The position numbers and the translations under genes were made by a program. A model generated the notes under the pieces. That model saw only the letters and a list, made by a program, of their open reading frames with translations. It had not been told where the DNA came from and did no database searches. Positions 1 to 9,041 of a DNA stretch of 64,000 nt are shown here, in pieces (the stretch's first letter is position 1; every line of letters begins with the position of its first letter). This DNA is from Syntrophomonadaceae bacterium. GTDB lineage: Bacteria; Bacillota; Syntrophomonadia; Syntrophomonadales; Syntrophomonadaceae. The stretch lies in assembly GCA_012511795.1 (NCBI GenBank), contig JAAZFJ010000162.1, forward strand, positions 66-64,065, read 5' to 3'.

Positions 1-498
1 CGCAGCAAATTTTTCAGTAATATTAACAGTAAAGCTTTTAATGCAATATTGAAGAATCTTGAAGAGCAACAATACTTAGTCAGCAGAAGTAATGAAATCA
101 GTCTTTTTAATTACATTCCGATACCGGGTAAAAAAGAGGAAAGAGCAATTAATTACACTATTGATATTTTGAATCAACAGTTGTTTAATCCGCCTTCTAT
201 TGAAGAAATACAAAACGATCTGAATATTAATAATGCAGATATGGCTGAAGTTTTAAATTATATGGTTAATAAAGGACAGATAATTAAATTGGAAGGAGAT
301 ATTTATTTCTCCAAAATAGCGATTGAAGAAGGAAAAAGGATTCTGGAAGAGTATTTTAAAGAAAATAAGGAACTTAGTTTAGCAACAGCAAGAGATCTTT
401 TAAAAACTTCTCGAAAGTATGCGCTGCCTCTGGTAGAATATTATGATAGAATTCGTTTTACTCGTCGCATAGGAGATATGAGAATTAAAGCGAAATAA
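1..498 (+). CDS. selB: Selenocysteine-specific elongation factor SelB, C-terminal winged-helix part (5' truncated by window edge)
   Basis: Frame is open from base 1. Ends in SRKYALPLVEYYDRIRFTRRIGDMR, the SelB WH4 SECIS-binding motif. tRNA-Sec and selD are nearby. Confidence 0.93.
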   Translation, partial: RSKFFSNINSKAFNAILKNLEEQQYLVSRSNEISLFNYIPIPGKKEERAINYTIDILNQQLFNPPSIEEIQNDLNINNADMAEVLNYMVNKGQIIKLEGDIYFSKIAIEEGKRILEEYFKENKELSLATARDLLKTSRKYALPLVEYYDRIRFTRRIGDMRIKAK

Positions 499-577
499 TA
501 ATGATGTAAAGTTTAGTGTAATTAATTTTCATGGCTAACGGAGTCATGATATTAAAAACATAATGAGGAGGAACGGG

Positions 578-1771
578 ATGAAAAGAAATGGTAGAAAAAA
601 AATAGCGGCATTTATAATAATGGTATTTATGCTTGCTATCGTTGCCGGTTGTGGTGGGGAAACAAAGGATACTGGTGATAATGCCGGAGATAAAGCAGAA
701 AAAATTAATGTAGGAGTCAATGTTGAATTATCCGGTGGTGTGGCCAGCTATGGAAGTAATGCCAGAGATGGCGCTATCCTTGCTATCGAACAGGCTAATG
801 CCGATGGTGGTGTGTTGGGTATGCAAATTAACCCAATCGAGAGAGACTGTAAATCCGTGGCTGATGAAGCTATGAGCGTGAGCGCCGCCCTGGTTGGTGA
901 AAAAATCGTAGCTCAGATTGGACCGCTAACCAGCGGGAATGTAGCAGGAAGTACCCCGGTTATGATGGATAATAAAATTCCCCTTATTGCTCCGGCAGCT
1001 ACTGCAGCTAACGTAACAGTAGATGACAAAACCGGTGCAACCAGAGATTATATTTTCCGGGTTTGCTTTATCGATCCATTCCAGGGAACCTTAATGGCCC
1101 AATTTGCAGCTGATAATCTGCAAGCTAAAAGTGCCGTTATTTATTGCGACAACTCCAGTGACTACGGTAAGGGACTGGCGGAATACTTTGAAAAAACCTT
1201 TATTGAAAAGGGTGGCAAAATTGTAGCCAAAGAAGGTTTTGTAAAAGACGATCGTGACTTTAGAGCGGCATTGACCAAAATTAAGGGCTTAAATCCTGAT
1301 TTCATTTATGTCCCTGGCTATTATCAGGAAGTAGCTCCTCTAATTAAACAGGCACGCGAGTTGGGAATTACTGCACCAATTGGTGGACCAGACGGCTGGG
1401 ATTCACCGGATATGGTGAGTGTTGCTGGTAACGAAGCCTTAAACAATACTTATTTTACCAACCACTATTCTTCACAGGATCAGGACCCCAATGTAGTGAA
1501 GTTTGTTGAAGCCTATAAAGCCAAATACAACAAAGATCCGGATGCTTTTGCAGCCTTAGGTTATGATGCAGTACAAATCATGATTCAAGGATTAAAAGAT
1601 GCAGGTGAAGCTGATTCCGTTAAATTAACTGAGGCTCTTGAGAATATTACTGATTTTCAGGGAATCACCGGTAAAATGAGCATAGATGAACAACACAACC
1701 CGGTTAAAGCAGGTGTTGTAATTGAATTTAAAGATGGCAAACAAGTGATGAATACACGTATTCAACCTTAA
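578..1771 (+). CDS. livK: Branched-chain amino acid ABC transporter substrate-binding lipoprotein (LivJ/LivK family)
   Basis: Lipobox IVAGC; motifs ELSGGVASYG, YIFRVCFIDPFQG, AALGYDA. RBS GAGGAGG favours ATG 578 over 563. Confidence 0.92.
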   Translation: MKRNGRKKIAAFIIMVFMLAIVAGCGGETKDTGDNAGDKAEKINVGVNVELSGGVASYGSNARDGAILAIEQANADGGVLGMQINPIERDCKSVADEAMSVSAALVGEKIVAQIGPLTSGNVAGSTPVMMDNKIPLIAPAATAANVTVDDKTGATRDYIFRVCFIDPFQGTLMAQFAADNLQAKSAVIYCDNSSDYGKGLAEYFEKTFIEKGGKIVAKEGFVKDDRDFRAALTKIKGLNPDFIYVPGYYQEVAPLIKQARELGITAPIGGPDGWDSPDMVSVAGNEALNNTYFTNHYSSQDQDPNVVKFVEAYKAKYNKDPDAFAALGYDAVQIMIQGLKDAGEADSVKLTEALENITDFQGITGKMSIDEQHNPVKAGVVIEFKDGKQVMNTRIQP

Positions 1772-1781
1772 TAAAATTTAA

Positions 1782-1815
1782 AATGGAAGAGGGGGTCTTT
1801 TTCCCCTCTTCCATT
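1782..1815 (+). terminator. Intergenic stem-loop after livK (partial terminator or mRNA stabiliser)
   Basis: Perfect 13-bp inverted repeat AATGGAAGAGGGG / CCCCTCTTCCATT with no strong U tract. Confidence 0.7.
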
Positions 1816-1836
1816 AATAAGGATTAGTAGGAGGAA

Positions 1837-2727
1837 GTGGCAACTTTGCTGGAATTTACGCAACAAATCGTCAATGGTCTGTCACTAGGTGCAATTTATG
1901 CACTGATTGCTCTCGGCTATACCATGGTTTATGGCATTATAAAGCTGATAAACTTTGCCCACGGTGATATTATGATGGTGGGTGCCTTTGTAGGTTATTT
2001 TTCACTGACACTGCTGGGAACCAATATTATGGTTGCTATGGTGACAGCAATGATTGCCTGCGCAGTTTTGGGGGTAATTATTGAGAAAGTGGCATATCGC
2101 CCCTTGCGTAATTCGACACGTATTGCGGCACTAATTACTGCAATTGGGGTATCTTTATTCTTGGAGTATATAACTATATTCTTGCTGGGACCATCACAGA
2201 AGGTCTTTCCTGAATCAGCTTTTCCAATCAAAGCTTATGATTTGGCTGGACTTTCAGTTTTGAACAAGGACATCTTTGTTGTCGTTTCAGCAGTGGTTTT
2301 AATGCTGATTCTGCAATATATTATTAAATGGACAAAAACAGGGAAAGCCATGCGGGCAGTATCGTTGGATCAAGAAGCAGCAGTCCTCATGGGCATTAGC
2401 GTCGACAAAACCATCTCCATTACATTTGCTATCGGTTCAGCTTTGGCAGCAGCGGCAGGTGTAATGTACGGTGTTTATTATAGTACAGTAAATCCCCTGA
2501 TGGGTATTATTCCGGGATTAAAAGCTTTCGTGGCAGCAGTACTTGGAGGCATCGGCATCATTCCTGGTGCTATGGTAGGCGGATTTTTAATGGGGTTACT
2601 AGAAACGATGGTTAGTGGATACGGCAGCAGCCTCTATCGTGATGCAGTTGCTTTCGGTGTATTAATTTTGATTCTTTTGATTAAACCTACTGGTCTCTTT
2701 GGTAAAGATACCGGCGAAAAAGTGTAG
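1837..2727 (+). CDS. livH: Branched-chain amino acid ABC transporter permease
   Basis: QQIVNGLSLGAIYALIALGYTMVYGIIKLINFAHG signature; hydrophobic. Confidence 0.95.
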   Translation: MATLLEFTQQIVNGLSLGAIYALIALGYTMVYGIIKLINFAHGDIMMVGAFVGYFSLTLLGTNIMVAMVTAMIACAVLGVIIEKVAYRPLRNSTRIAALITAIGVSLFLEYITIFLLGPSQKVFPESAFPIKAYDLAGLSVLNKDIFVVVSAVVLMLILQYIIKWTKTGKAMRAVSLDQEAAVLMGISVDKTISITFAIGSALAAAAGVMYGVYYSTVNPLMGIIPGLKAFVAAVLGGIGIIPGAMVGGFLMGLLETMVSGYGSSLYRDAVAFGVLILILLIKPTGLFGKDTGEKV

Positions 2728-2736
2728 GTGAATGAA

Positions 2737-3705
2737 ATGCAGATATTAAAAAACAAGTTCATCAGGTTTTGTGCAGATGTATTGATATTGGCGGCTTTAT
2801 TCACACTGGTGCAGTATTTTATTACTACCGGATTGCTTAATCAGTATTACCAGATAAATTTAGCTTCCATGTGCATTAATATTATTCTTTCTGTAAGCTT
2901 GAGTCTGATCAACGGTTTTACCGGGCAATTATCTCTGGGACATGCAGGTTTTATGGCGGTAGGAGCATATGCTTCTGTTATCTTGACTCAAATGCTGGGA
3001 CAGCCATTTATAGCAGGAATCTTTGCTGCTTGCTTGGCAGCAGGTGTGTGCGGATTTATTATCGGTGTACCAACATTAAGACTTAAAGGCGATTACCTGG
3101 CTATTGCAACCCTGGCATTTGGTGAAATCATTCGCGTAACCTTGCAAAATATTGATTATGTAAATGGGCCTGCAGGGGTGTTGGGAATTACAAAATTGAC
3201 CACCTGGCCATGGTTGTTTGCAGCCGCGGTAATTACGACTTTGGTGGTAGTTAACTTGATTAATTCCAGTTACGGAAGAGCTATTATATCAGTCCGGGAG
3301 GATGAGGTTGCTTCTGAGCTAATGGGCATAAATACTACCAAATATAAAGTTATTGCATTTGTAATCGGTGCGATGTTCGCCGGCCTGGCCGGAGCTATGT
3401 ATGCGCATTTCTTTTATATAATAAAACCGGAAACCTTCAACTTCCTAAAATCATTTGACATTTTAGTAATGGTGGTCTTAGGCGGATTAGGCAGTACTAG
3501 CGGAGCCATTATCGCAGCCATTTTTATAACCGCATTAACTGCTGCACTGCAATCTTTCCCGGCTATCAGAATGATTTTATATGCGCTTATTTTAATTATC
3601 GTAATGATCTACCGTCCTCAGGGATTGATGGGTAATAAAGAACTGAGCAGGCAGACATTTGGCAGGATTTGGAGTGGAAGAAAAAATGAGCATAATCGAA
3701 ATTAA
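2737..3705 (+). CDS. livM: Branched-chain amino acid ABC transporter permease
   Basis: GFTGQLSLGHAGF and LRLKGDYLAIATLAFGEI motifs. Start may be 2728 or 2737. Confidence 0.93.
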   Translation: MQILKNKFIRFCADVLILAALFTLVQYFITTGLLNQYYQINLASMCINIILSVSLSLINGFTGQLSLGHAGFMAVGAYASVILTQMLGQPFIAGIFAACLAAGVCGFIIGVPTLRLKGDYLAIATLAFGEIIRVTLQNIDYVNGPAGVLGITKLTTWPWLFAAAVITTLVVVNLINSSYGRAIISVREDEVASELMGINTTKYKVIAFVIGAMFAGLAGAMYAHFFYIIKPETFNFLKSFDILVMVVLGGLGSTSGAIIAAIFITALTAALQSFPAIRMILYALILIIVMIYRPQGLMGNKELSRQTFGRIWSGRKNEHNRN

Positions 3706-4453
3706 TAGCTTAGATAAATCATTTGGTGGTTTGAGTGCGGTGCTTAATGTCAATTTCTTTCTGGAGCAAAATGAGCTGGTAGGGTTGATTGGTCCCAACG
3801 GGGCAGGCAAGACCACCGTATTTAATCTTATCACAGGTGTATATAAGCCAGACCAGGGTAGTATCATATTTAACGGACAAAACATTACCGGCATGGCTCC
3901 ACATGCAATATGCGCCAGAGGGATTGCCCGAACCTTTCAGAACATACGCCTTTTCAATGATTTATCTGTTCTGGATAATGTTAAAATAGCCGCACATAAA
4001 AATGTGCCCTACAATTTTTTTAGTGCTATATTCAGAACACCCGGATTTTTCAAGGGAGAAGAAATAATAGAAAAGGAAGCAATGAAGTATTTAGAAATTT
4101 TTAAACTGGATGATAAAAAGGATGAACTGGCCAAAAATATGCCTTACGGGGAGCAACGCCGTCTGGAGATTGCCAGGGCCATGGCAACTAAGCCTACCAT
4201 GTTGATTCTAGATGAACCAGCAGCAGGGATGAACCCCCAGGAAACCAACGAGTTAATGAATTTAATAGCTCAGATCAGACGGGAGTTCAAGCTTTCTATA
4301 CTTCTGATCGAACACGATATGTCTTTAGTAATGGGAGTTTGTGAGCGAATTTATGTACTGGATTATGGCCAAATTATTGCTGAGGGTAAACCGGAAGATA
4401 TCAGAAGAAATAAACGAGTTGTAGAAGCTTATCTCGGAGAGGAGGGAGAATAG
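3686..4453 (+). CDS. livG: Branched-chain amino acid ABC transporter ATP-binding protein
   Basis: Walker A GPNGAGKT, ARTFQNIRLF, PYGEQRRLEIARA, LDEPAAG. Start reassigned to ATG 3686. Confidence 0.95.
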   Translation: MSIIEINSLDKSFGGLSAVLNVNFFLEQNELVGLIGPNGAGKTTVFNLITGVYKPDQGSIIFNGQNITGMAPHAICARGIARTFQNIRLFNDLSVLDNVKIAAHKNVPYNFFSAIFRTPGFFKGEEIIEKEAMKYLEIFKLDDKKDELAKNMPYGEQRRLEIARAMATKPTMLILDEPAAGMNPQETNELMNLIAQIRREFKLSILLIEHDMSLVMGVCERIYVLDYGQIIAEGKPEDIRRNKRVVEAYLGEEGE

Positions 4454-5158
4454 GTGCTTAGAAGTGTAGACCTTGATGTTTATTATGGAGCAATTCATGC
4501 CCTGAAGAAATTGTCCATTGAAGTTGAACAAGGAACTATTGTAACTTTAATCGGTGCAAATGGGGCTGGAAAAACGACCACTTTAAAAACTATTTCTGGA
4601 CTTTTACGTCCACGTAACGGCTCCATTGTATATAAAAATACAGAATTAACTAAAGTAGCACCGGAAAAAATAGTCGAGATGGGCATTTCCCAGGTTCCGG
4701 AAGGCAGAAGAGTATTTGCATCCATGAGTGTATTGGAAAACTTGGAAATGGGTGCTTACCTACGTAAAGATAAAAAAGCCATGGCTGATGACATGGAAAA
4801 TGTATTTACCCGATTTCCCCGCTTAAAAGAACGAAGAAAACAGATGGCAGGAACACTTAGCGGTGGTGAACAACAAATGCTGGCAATTGGCAGGGCATTA
4901 ATGGCAAGACCGCAGTTACTGCTGATGGATGAACCATCTATGGGATTAGCTCCCTTATTGGTGAAAGAAATATTTGAAATTATCAAGGATATCAATGAGA
5001 AGGGAACGACTATCTTACTGGTTGAACAGAATGCCCATATGGCTTTGTCCATAGCCCATAAGGCTTATGTTATAGAAACTGGCGAAATTGTTCTTCATGG
5101 AGAAGCGAAAGACTTAATGAATAGTGAAGAAGTAAAAAGTGCCTATTTAGGCGGTTAA
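4454..5158 (+). CDS. livF: Branched-chain amino acid ABC transporter ATP-binding protein
   Basis: GANGAGKT, VPEGRRVF, LSGGEQQMLAIGRALM, DEPSMGLAP. Confidence 0.96.
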   Translation: MLRSVDLDVYYGAIHALKKLSIEVEQGTIVTLIGANGAGKTTTLKTISGLLRPRNGSIVYKNTELTKVAPEKIVEMGISQVPEGRRVFASMSVLENLEMGAYLRKDKKAMADDMENVFTRFPRLKERRKQMAGTLSGGEQQMLAIGRALMARPQLLLMDEPSMGLAPLLVKEIFEIIKDINEKGTTILLVEQNAHMALSIAHKAYVIETGEIVLHGEAKDLMNSEEVKSAYLGG

Positions 5159-5188
5159 TTTATTAGTGAAATTAAAGGGGGGCAGACC

Positions 5189-5851
5189 ATGAAAGTAAAA
5201 GACCGTATGACAATCGGGGTTAAAACAGTTCAGATGGATACAAGTGTAGCTGAAGCTTTTCGTATGATGAAAGATAATAATATTCGCAGGCTTCCGGTAC
5301 TTGATAAAGACAAGTTGGTCGGAATAATTACATTAACAGATTTAAATCAGGCAGCGCCTTCGACGGCAACCACATTAAGCATTCACGAGCTTAACTATCT
5401 ACTGGCAAAAACGAAAATCAAGGATATTCTTCCTAAAAAACAAAAAGTCATTACTGTTACACCTGAAAATTATATTGAAACTGCAGCAAAGATAATGCGG
5501 CAAAACAAAATAAGCGGCCTGCCAGTTCTAGAAAATGGCAAGTTGGTAGGGATAGTAACGGAAACAGACATTTTTGATGCTTTAATTGATATTTTAGGGG
5601 TAAAAAAAGTCCATAGCAGAATTGATTTATATGTAAAAGAAAGACCAGGCAGGCTGGCAGAAATTACAGCAATTATAGCGAATAATGGAGTTAATATATT
5701 AAATACAGTTGTTTATTACGAAGAAAAGAAAGAAAAGTACAAAGTAATACTACGGTTAGAATCATTAGAGAATGAAGCATTGATTAAAGCCTTTGAAGCA
5801 CAAGGATACGAAATAGAATCTGTCATAGTTCGAGCCGAAGAAGACGAATAA
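5189..5851 (+). CDS. CBS-pair plus ACT domain protein (AcuB-like)
   Basis: Two CBS repeats (IRRLPV..LVGIIT; ISGLPV..LVGIVTETD), ATTLSIHELNYLL, C-terminal ACT motif ERPGRLAEI. Confidence 0.88.
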   Translation: MKVKDRMTIGVKTVQMDTSVAEAFRMMKDNNIRRLPVLDKDKLVGIITLTDLNQAAPSTATTLSIHELNYLLAKTKIKDILPKKQKVITVTPENYIETAAKIMRQNKISGLPVLENGKLVGIVTETDIFDALIDILGVKKVHSRIDLYVKERPGRLAEITAIIANNGVNILNTVVYYEEKKEKYKVILRLESLENEALIKAFEAQGYEIESVIVRAEEDE

Positions 5852-5864
5852 GCAATAACTATAT

Positions 5865-5893
5865 TTGACTTTTGTCATTTGAGGTTATATACT
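5865..5893 (+). promoter_or_regulatory. SigA-type promoter of tRNA-Sec
   Basis: TTGACT-N17-TATACT, 27 nt upstream of the tRNA. Confidence 0.8.
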
Positions 5894-5920
5894 TTTTATC
5901 GCAATAATATTGTCTTTTTC

Positions 5921-6019
5921 GGAGGCGGATCGGTCCTGGTGGGTCGCCTGGACTTCAAATCCAGTTTGCGCCGTAGTGATCCTGCGGTGGGTGGGTTCGA
6001 TTCCCACACGCTTCCGCCA
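5921..6019 (+). tRNA. selC: tRNA-Sec (anticodon UCA)
   Basis: 6-bp D stem CGGTCC/GGGTCG with 4-nt loop; anticodon arm CTGGA-CTTCAAA-TCCAG; long variable arm; T arm GTGGG-TTCGATT-CCCAC; 3' GCCA. Confidence 0.97.
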
Positions 6020-6030
6020 ATAAAAAATAC

Positions 6031-6058
6031 AGCACCAGGTTAAAACCGGGTGCTTTTT
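6031..6058 (+). terminator. Intrinsic terminator after selC
   Basis: AGCACC..GGTGCT hairpin followed by a T run. Confidence 0.7.
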
Positions 6059-6160
6059 AGTTTCTATTCAAAAAAAATATAAAAACAGACAATAAATTTA
6101 TTTCCCGGGAAATATCTACAAAGAATTATTTTCTATTGATATTTTGACGAAGAAGCAAGA

Positions 6161-6736
6161 TTAATGGACATATTTTCTTCGGCCATAATAACCAAACGCA
6201 GCCAATATCAGTATAAGCCCAATGATAACCAGTGTTAGTTTTATATCCTGATATTTAAAAATACTTATACCCAACCCTGTATACAAAATGGCAGTCGGAA
6301 TTTTACCTAAAGCTGAAGAAAAGAAGAAATTCCAAAAAGATACGCCAGTCACTGCTGCCGCAGCATTAATAGCTGGTGTAGGAACAACCGGTATAATTCT
6401 CGCAATTAATATGCTCCAGAAGGCCAAACCAATATCCATTTTATCAATATCATAGTTAAAACGCTTTTTAATAAAACGTTTTGTCCAATCGGCAGCAGCA
6501 TAACGGCATGCCCAGTAAGCTAAACTAGCACCAACCAAAGCACCTGCCCAGGAAAGTAAAAAACCCATTTTAAAACCAAAAAGCAGACCACCAGCAGCCG
6601 CCAAAATAATATAGGGGAAGACCGGCAGTGCTGCCTGTAATACGAATAAACCAAAAGCGACAAATGGGGCTAAAAACCCAAATTCTTTGAGATAACCACT
6701 CATTAAATATAGACTGTTAAAAATTTGAATATCCAT
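6161..6736 (-). CDS. TVP38/TMEM64 (DedA/VTT) family membrane protein
   Basis: PVFP..LAAAGGLLFG..G and ARIIPVVP motifs. RBS AAGGAG precedes ATG 6736. Confidence 0.88.
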   Translation of the reverse strand: MDIQIFNSLYLMSGYLKEFGFLAPFVAFGLFVLQAALPVFPYIILAAAGGLLFGFKMGFLLSWAGALVGASLAYWACRYAAADWTKRFIKKRFNYDIDKMDIGLAFWSILIARIIPVVPTPAINAAAAVTGVSFWNFFFSSALGKIPTAILYTGLGISIFKYQDIKLTLVIIGLILILAAFGYYGRRKYVH

Positions 6737-6858
6737 TTTATTCTCCTTCAAAGGGCATAAGGCTCTTTTTCAGATATACACTAATTATATAATAACTGCA
6801 ACTGTTTTCTATTATCAATTAAATAGAAAAAAGCGAAAGTAATTTTATTATATTATAC

Positions 6859-6872
6859 GCTGGTATACCAGC
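6859..6872. promoter_or_regulatory. Palindromic candidate operator (GntR/FadR-like TGGTATACCA core)
   Basis: Perfect 14-bp palindrome GCTGGTATACCAGC in an AT-rich divergent intergenic region. Confidence 0.45.
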
Positions 6873-6947
6873 ACTCTTTCCATTGTTAATATTTGTATTA
6901 TATTAATAATGCTATAATCATTAATAACTTGATCCTGAGGTGATGTT

Positions 6948-7604
6948 ATGCACACCAATTTGGTTGATTATTTTATTATTTCAATCCTATTCTTAAGTGC
7001 CTTGAATGGTTATAGACATGGATTAATCGCCTCATTAGGAAAAATGATCAGCGCATTGCTGGCAATTGTGGCAGCGATATTTTGGAGAAATGATTTTATT
7101 AATTTCTTAGATCTAAAATTTAATATTGTTAATAAGCTCAGCAAACTTATTATACAACAGGTGCCTGTTTTAGCATTATTTGAAGAAGAACATTTTTTAT
7201 CATTTATCATTAAAAACGAAGAGATTCTGAACCCAATACAACAATTAGCTTGTTTTATATTTCAACCGATATCTTTTGTAGTATTATTTCTAGTAGCTTA
7301 CCTCTTTTTAATGCTCTTTTTTAAGGTGCTAAGCTATATTGCATCTGTGGGTGTTTTGGGCAGCTTTAACCGGGTGCTGGGGATGGTAATAGCCATTTTG
7401 CAAACAATACTTATTTTCTCTATCATTGCAGGTTTAGCAATACCGCCATTAGAGATTGCTGCCAGATTAGATATATTTGGAGCGGCAGAATTCTCAAATT
7501 ATATGCGGGATTCGTTACTCATTAAATATTTGGGGAGCTTATTTGATAATTTAATTATCATAATCAATAATATGCATAGGCAGTTGCCTTGGCCGGCAAT
7601 ATAA
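6948..7604 (+). CDS. CvpA (colicin V production) family membrane protein
   Basis: N-terminal VDYFII..GYRHGLI and later NRVLG motif; four hydrophobic segments. Confidence 0.82.
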   Translation: MHTNLVDYFIISILFLSALNGYRHGLIASLGKMISALLAIVAAIFWRNDFINFLDLKFNIVNKLSKLIIQQVPVLALFEEEHFLSFIIKNEEILNPIQQLACFIFQPISFVVLFLVAYLFLMLFFKVLSYIASVGVLGSFNRVLGMVIAILQTILIFSIIAGLAIPPLEIAARLDIFGAAEFSNYMRDSLLIKYLGSLFDNLIIIINNMHRQLPWPAI

Positions 7605-7635
7605 GAATACTGTATTAAGGAGGCGGATTATAATA

Positions 7636-9015
7636 ATGTCAGATAAAAAACCACAGGCAGGAAATGCATGGCTTAAAATGAATGATGAACAAATAAAATT
7701 ATGTAATCAGTTTAGTATGGGATATATTGATTTCTTAAATGAAGTAAAAACTGAAAGAGAAGCAGTTTCATTTATAATCAATAAAGCTTTAGAAAAAAAT
7801 TTTCAGCCATTGGAACAGATCCCAAGGATTATGCCGGGGAATAAGATAGTAGTTAATATAAAAGATAAGGCAGCGGCACTTTTAGTAGTTGGGAAAAGGC
7901 CTTTAACAGAAGGATTAAATCTGGTGGTATCTCATATCGACACACCACGGATAGATTTAAAAGCAAACCCTGTATATGAAGCAGATGGATTAAGTTTATT
8001 CAAAACTCATTATTATGGAGGTATAAAAAAATACCATTGGGTTGCTATTCCGTTGGCCTTAAACGGGGTAGTATATAAGAAAAACGGGACCCCGATAAAT
8101 ATCAGGATTGGACTCAAAGAAGGCGACCCGGTATTGACCATAGCCGATTTGCTGCCTCACCTGGCAAAGGAGCAGATGGAAAAGAAAATGGCGGAAGTTA
8201 TTACTGGTGAGAGACTAACTCCCGTTGTAGGCAGTCGTCCTTTATCGGAAGGAGAAAGTCCTGTTAAAGAAAGAATATTACAATTTTTTAAAGAGCGGTA
8301 TGATGTAGAGGAATCAGACTTTATCAGTGCAGAATTACAGCTTATTCCAGCCATTAAAGCCAATGAAGTAGGGTTAGACCGCAGTATGATCGGAGCTTAT
8401 GGGCATGATGACCGGGTTAGTGCCTATGCAGCTTTACAGGCGGTTCTTGAAGTGAATGATCCGGATATTACTGCTTTGTGTCTTTTTGTTGATAAGGAAG
8501 AAATAGGGAGCACAGGCAATACGGGGCTGCAATCTATCTTGCTGGAAAATTTGATTGTTGAATTAATGCACTTAAGTGGCCCGGTAGACTATTTTTCGGT
8601 ACGTAAATGTCTTTCACAATCATATGCTCTTTCTGCGGATGTAAATGCAGCAGTAGATCCGAATTATCCGGAGGTTTTTGAAAAAGACAATTGCAGCTTC
8701 TTGTCTCAGGGGGTAGTTCTCACTAAATATACCGGTTCCCGAGGTAAAGCTGAATCTAATGATGCCAATCCTGAGTTTTTATGGAAAATGCGTAAGCTTT
8801 TTGATGACAATGGCATCGTATGGCAAACCGGGGAATTGGGAAAAGTCGATATCGGCGGCGGAGGTACAGTTGCTCAGTATTTAGCCCGTTATGGTATGGA
8901 AGTGGTTGATTGCGGCGTAGCAGTTTTAGGGATGCATTCGCCATTTGAAGTTGTCAGCAAGGCAGATGTTTATATGTCCTATAAGGCGTACTTGTCATTT
9001 ATGCAAGCTTTTTAA
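7636..9015 (+). CDS. M18 family (aspartyl-type) aminopeptidase
   Basis: SHIDTPR, THYYGGIKKYHW, HDDR, DKEEIGS, GMHSPFE metal-binding motifs. Confidence 0.92.
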   Translation: MSDKKPQAGNAWLKMNDEQIKLCNQFSMGYIDFLNEVKTEREAVSFIINKALEKNFQPLEQIPRIMPGNKIVVNIKDKAAALLVVGKRPLTEGLNLVVSHIDTPRIDLKANPVYEADGLSLFKTHYYGGIKKYHWVAIPLALNGVVYKKNGTPINIRIGLKEGDPVLTIADLLPHLAKEQMEKKMAEVITGERLTPVVGSRPLSEGESPVKERILQFFKERYDVEESDFISAELQLIPAIKANEVGLDRSMIGAYGHDDRVSAYAALQAVLEVNDPDITALCLFVDKEEIGSTGNTGLQSILLENLIVELMHLSGPVDYFSVRKCLSQSYALSADVNAAVDPNYPEVFEKDNCSFLSQGVVLTKYTGSRGKAESNDANPEFLWKMRKLFDDNGIVWQTGELGKVDIGGGGTVAQYLARYGMEVVDCGVAVLGMHSPFEVVSKADVYMSYKAYLSFMQAF

Positions 9016-9041
9016 AATTACCAGCAAGGGAGGGGCAATTG

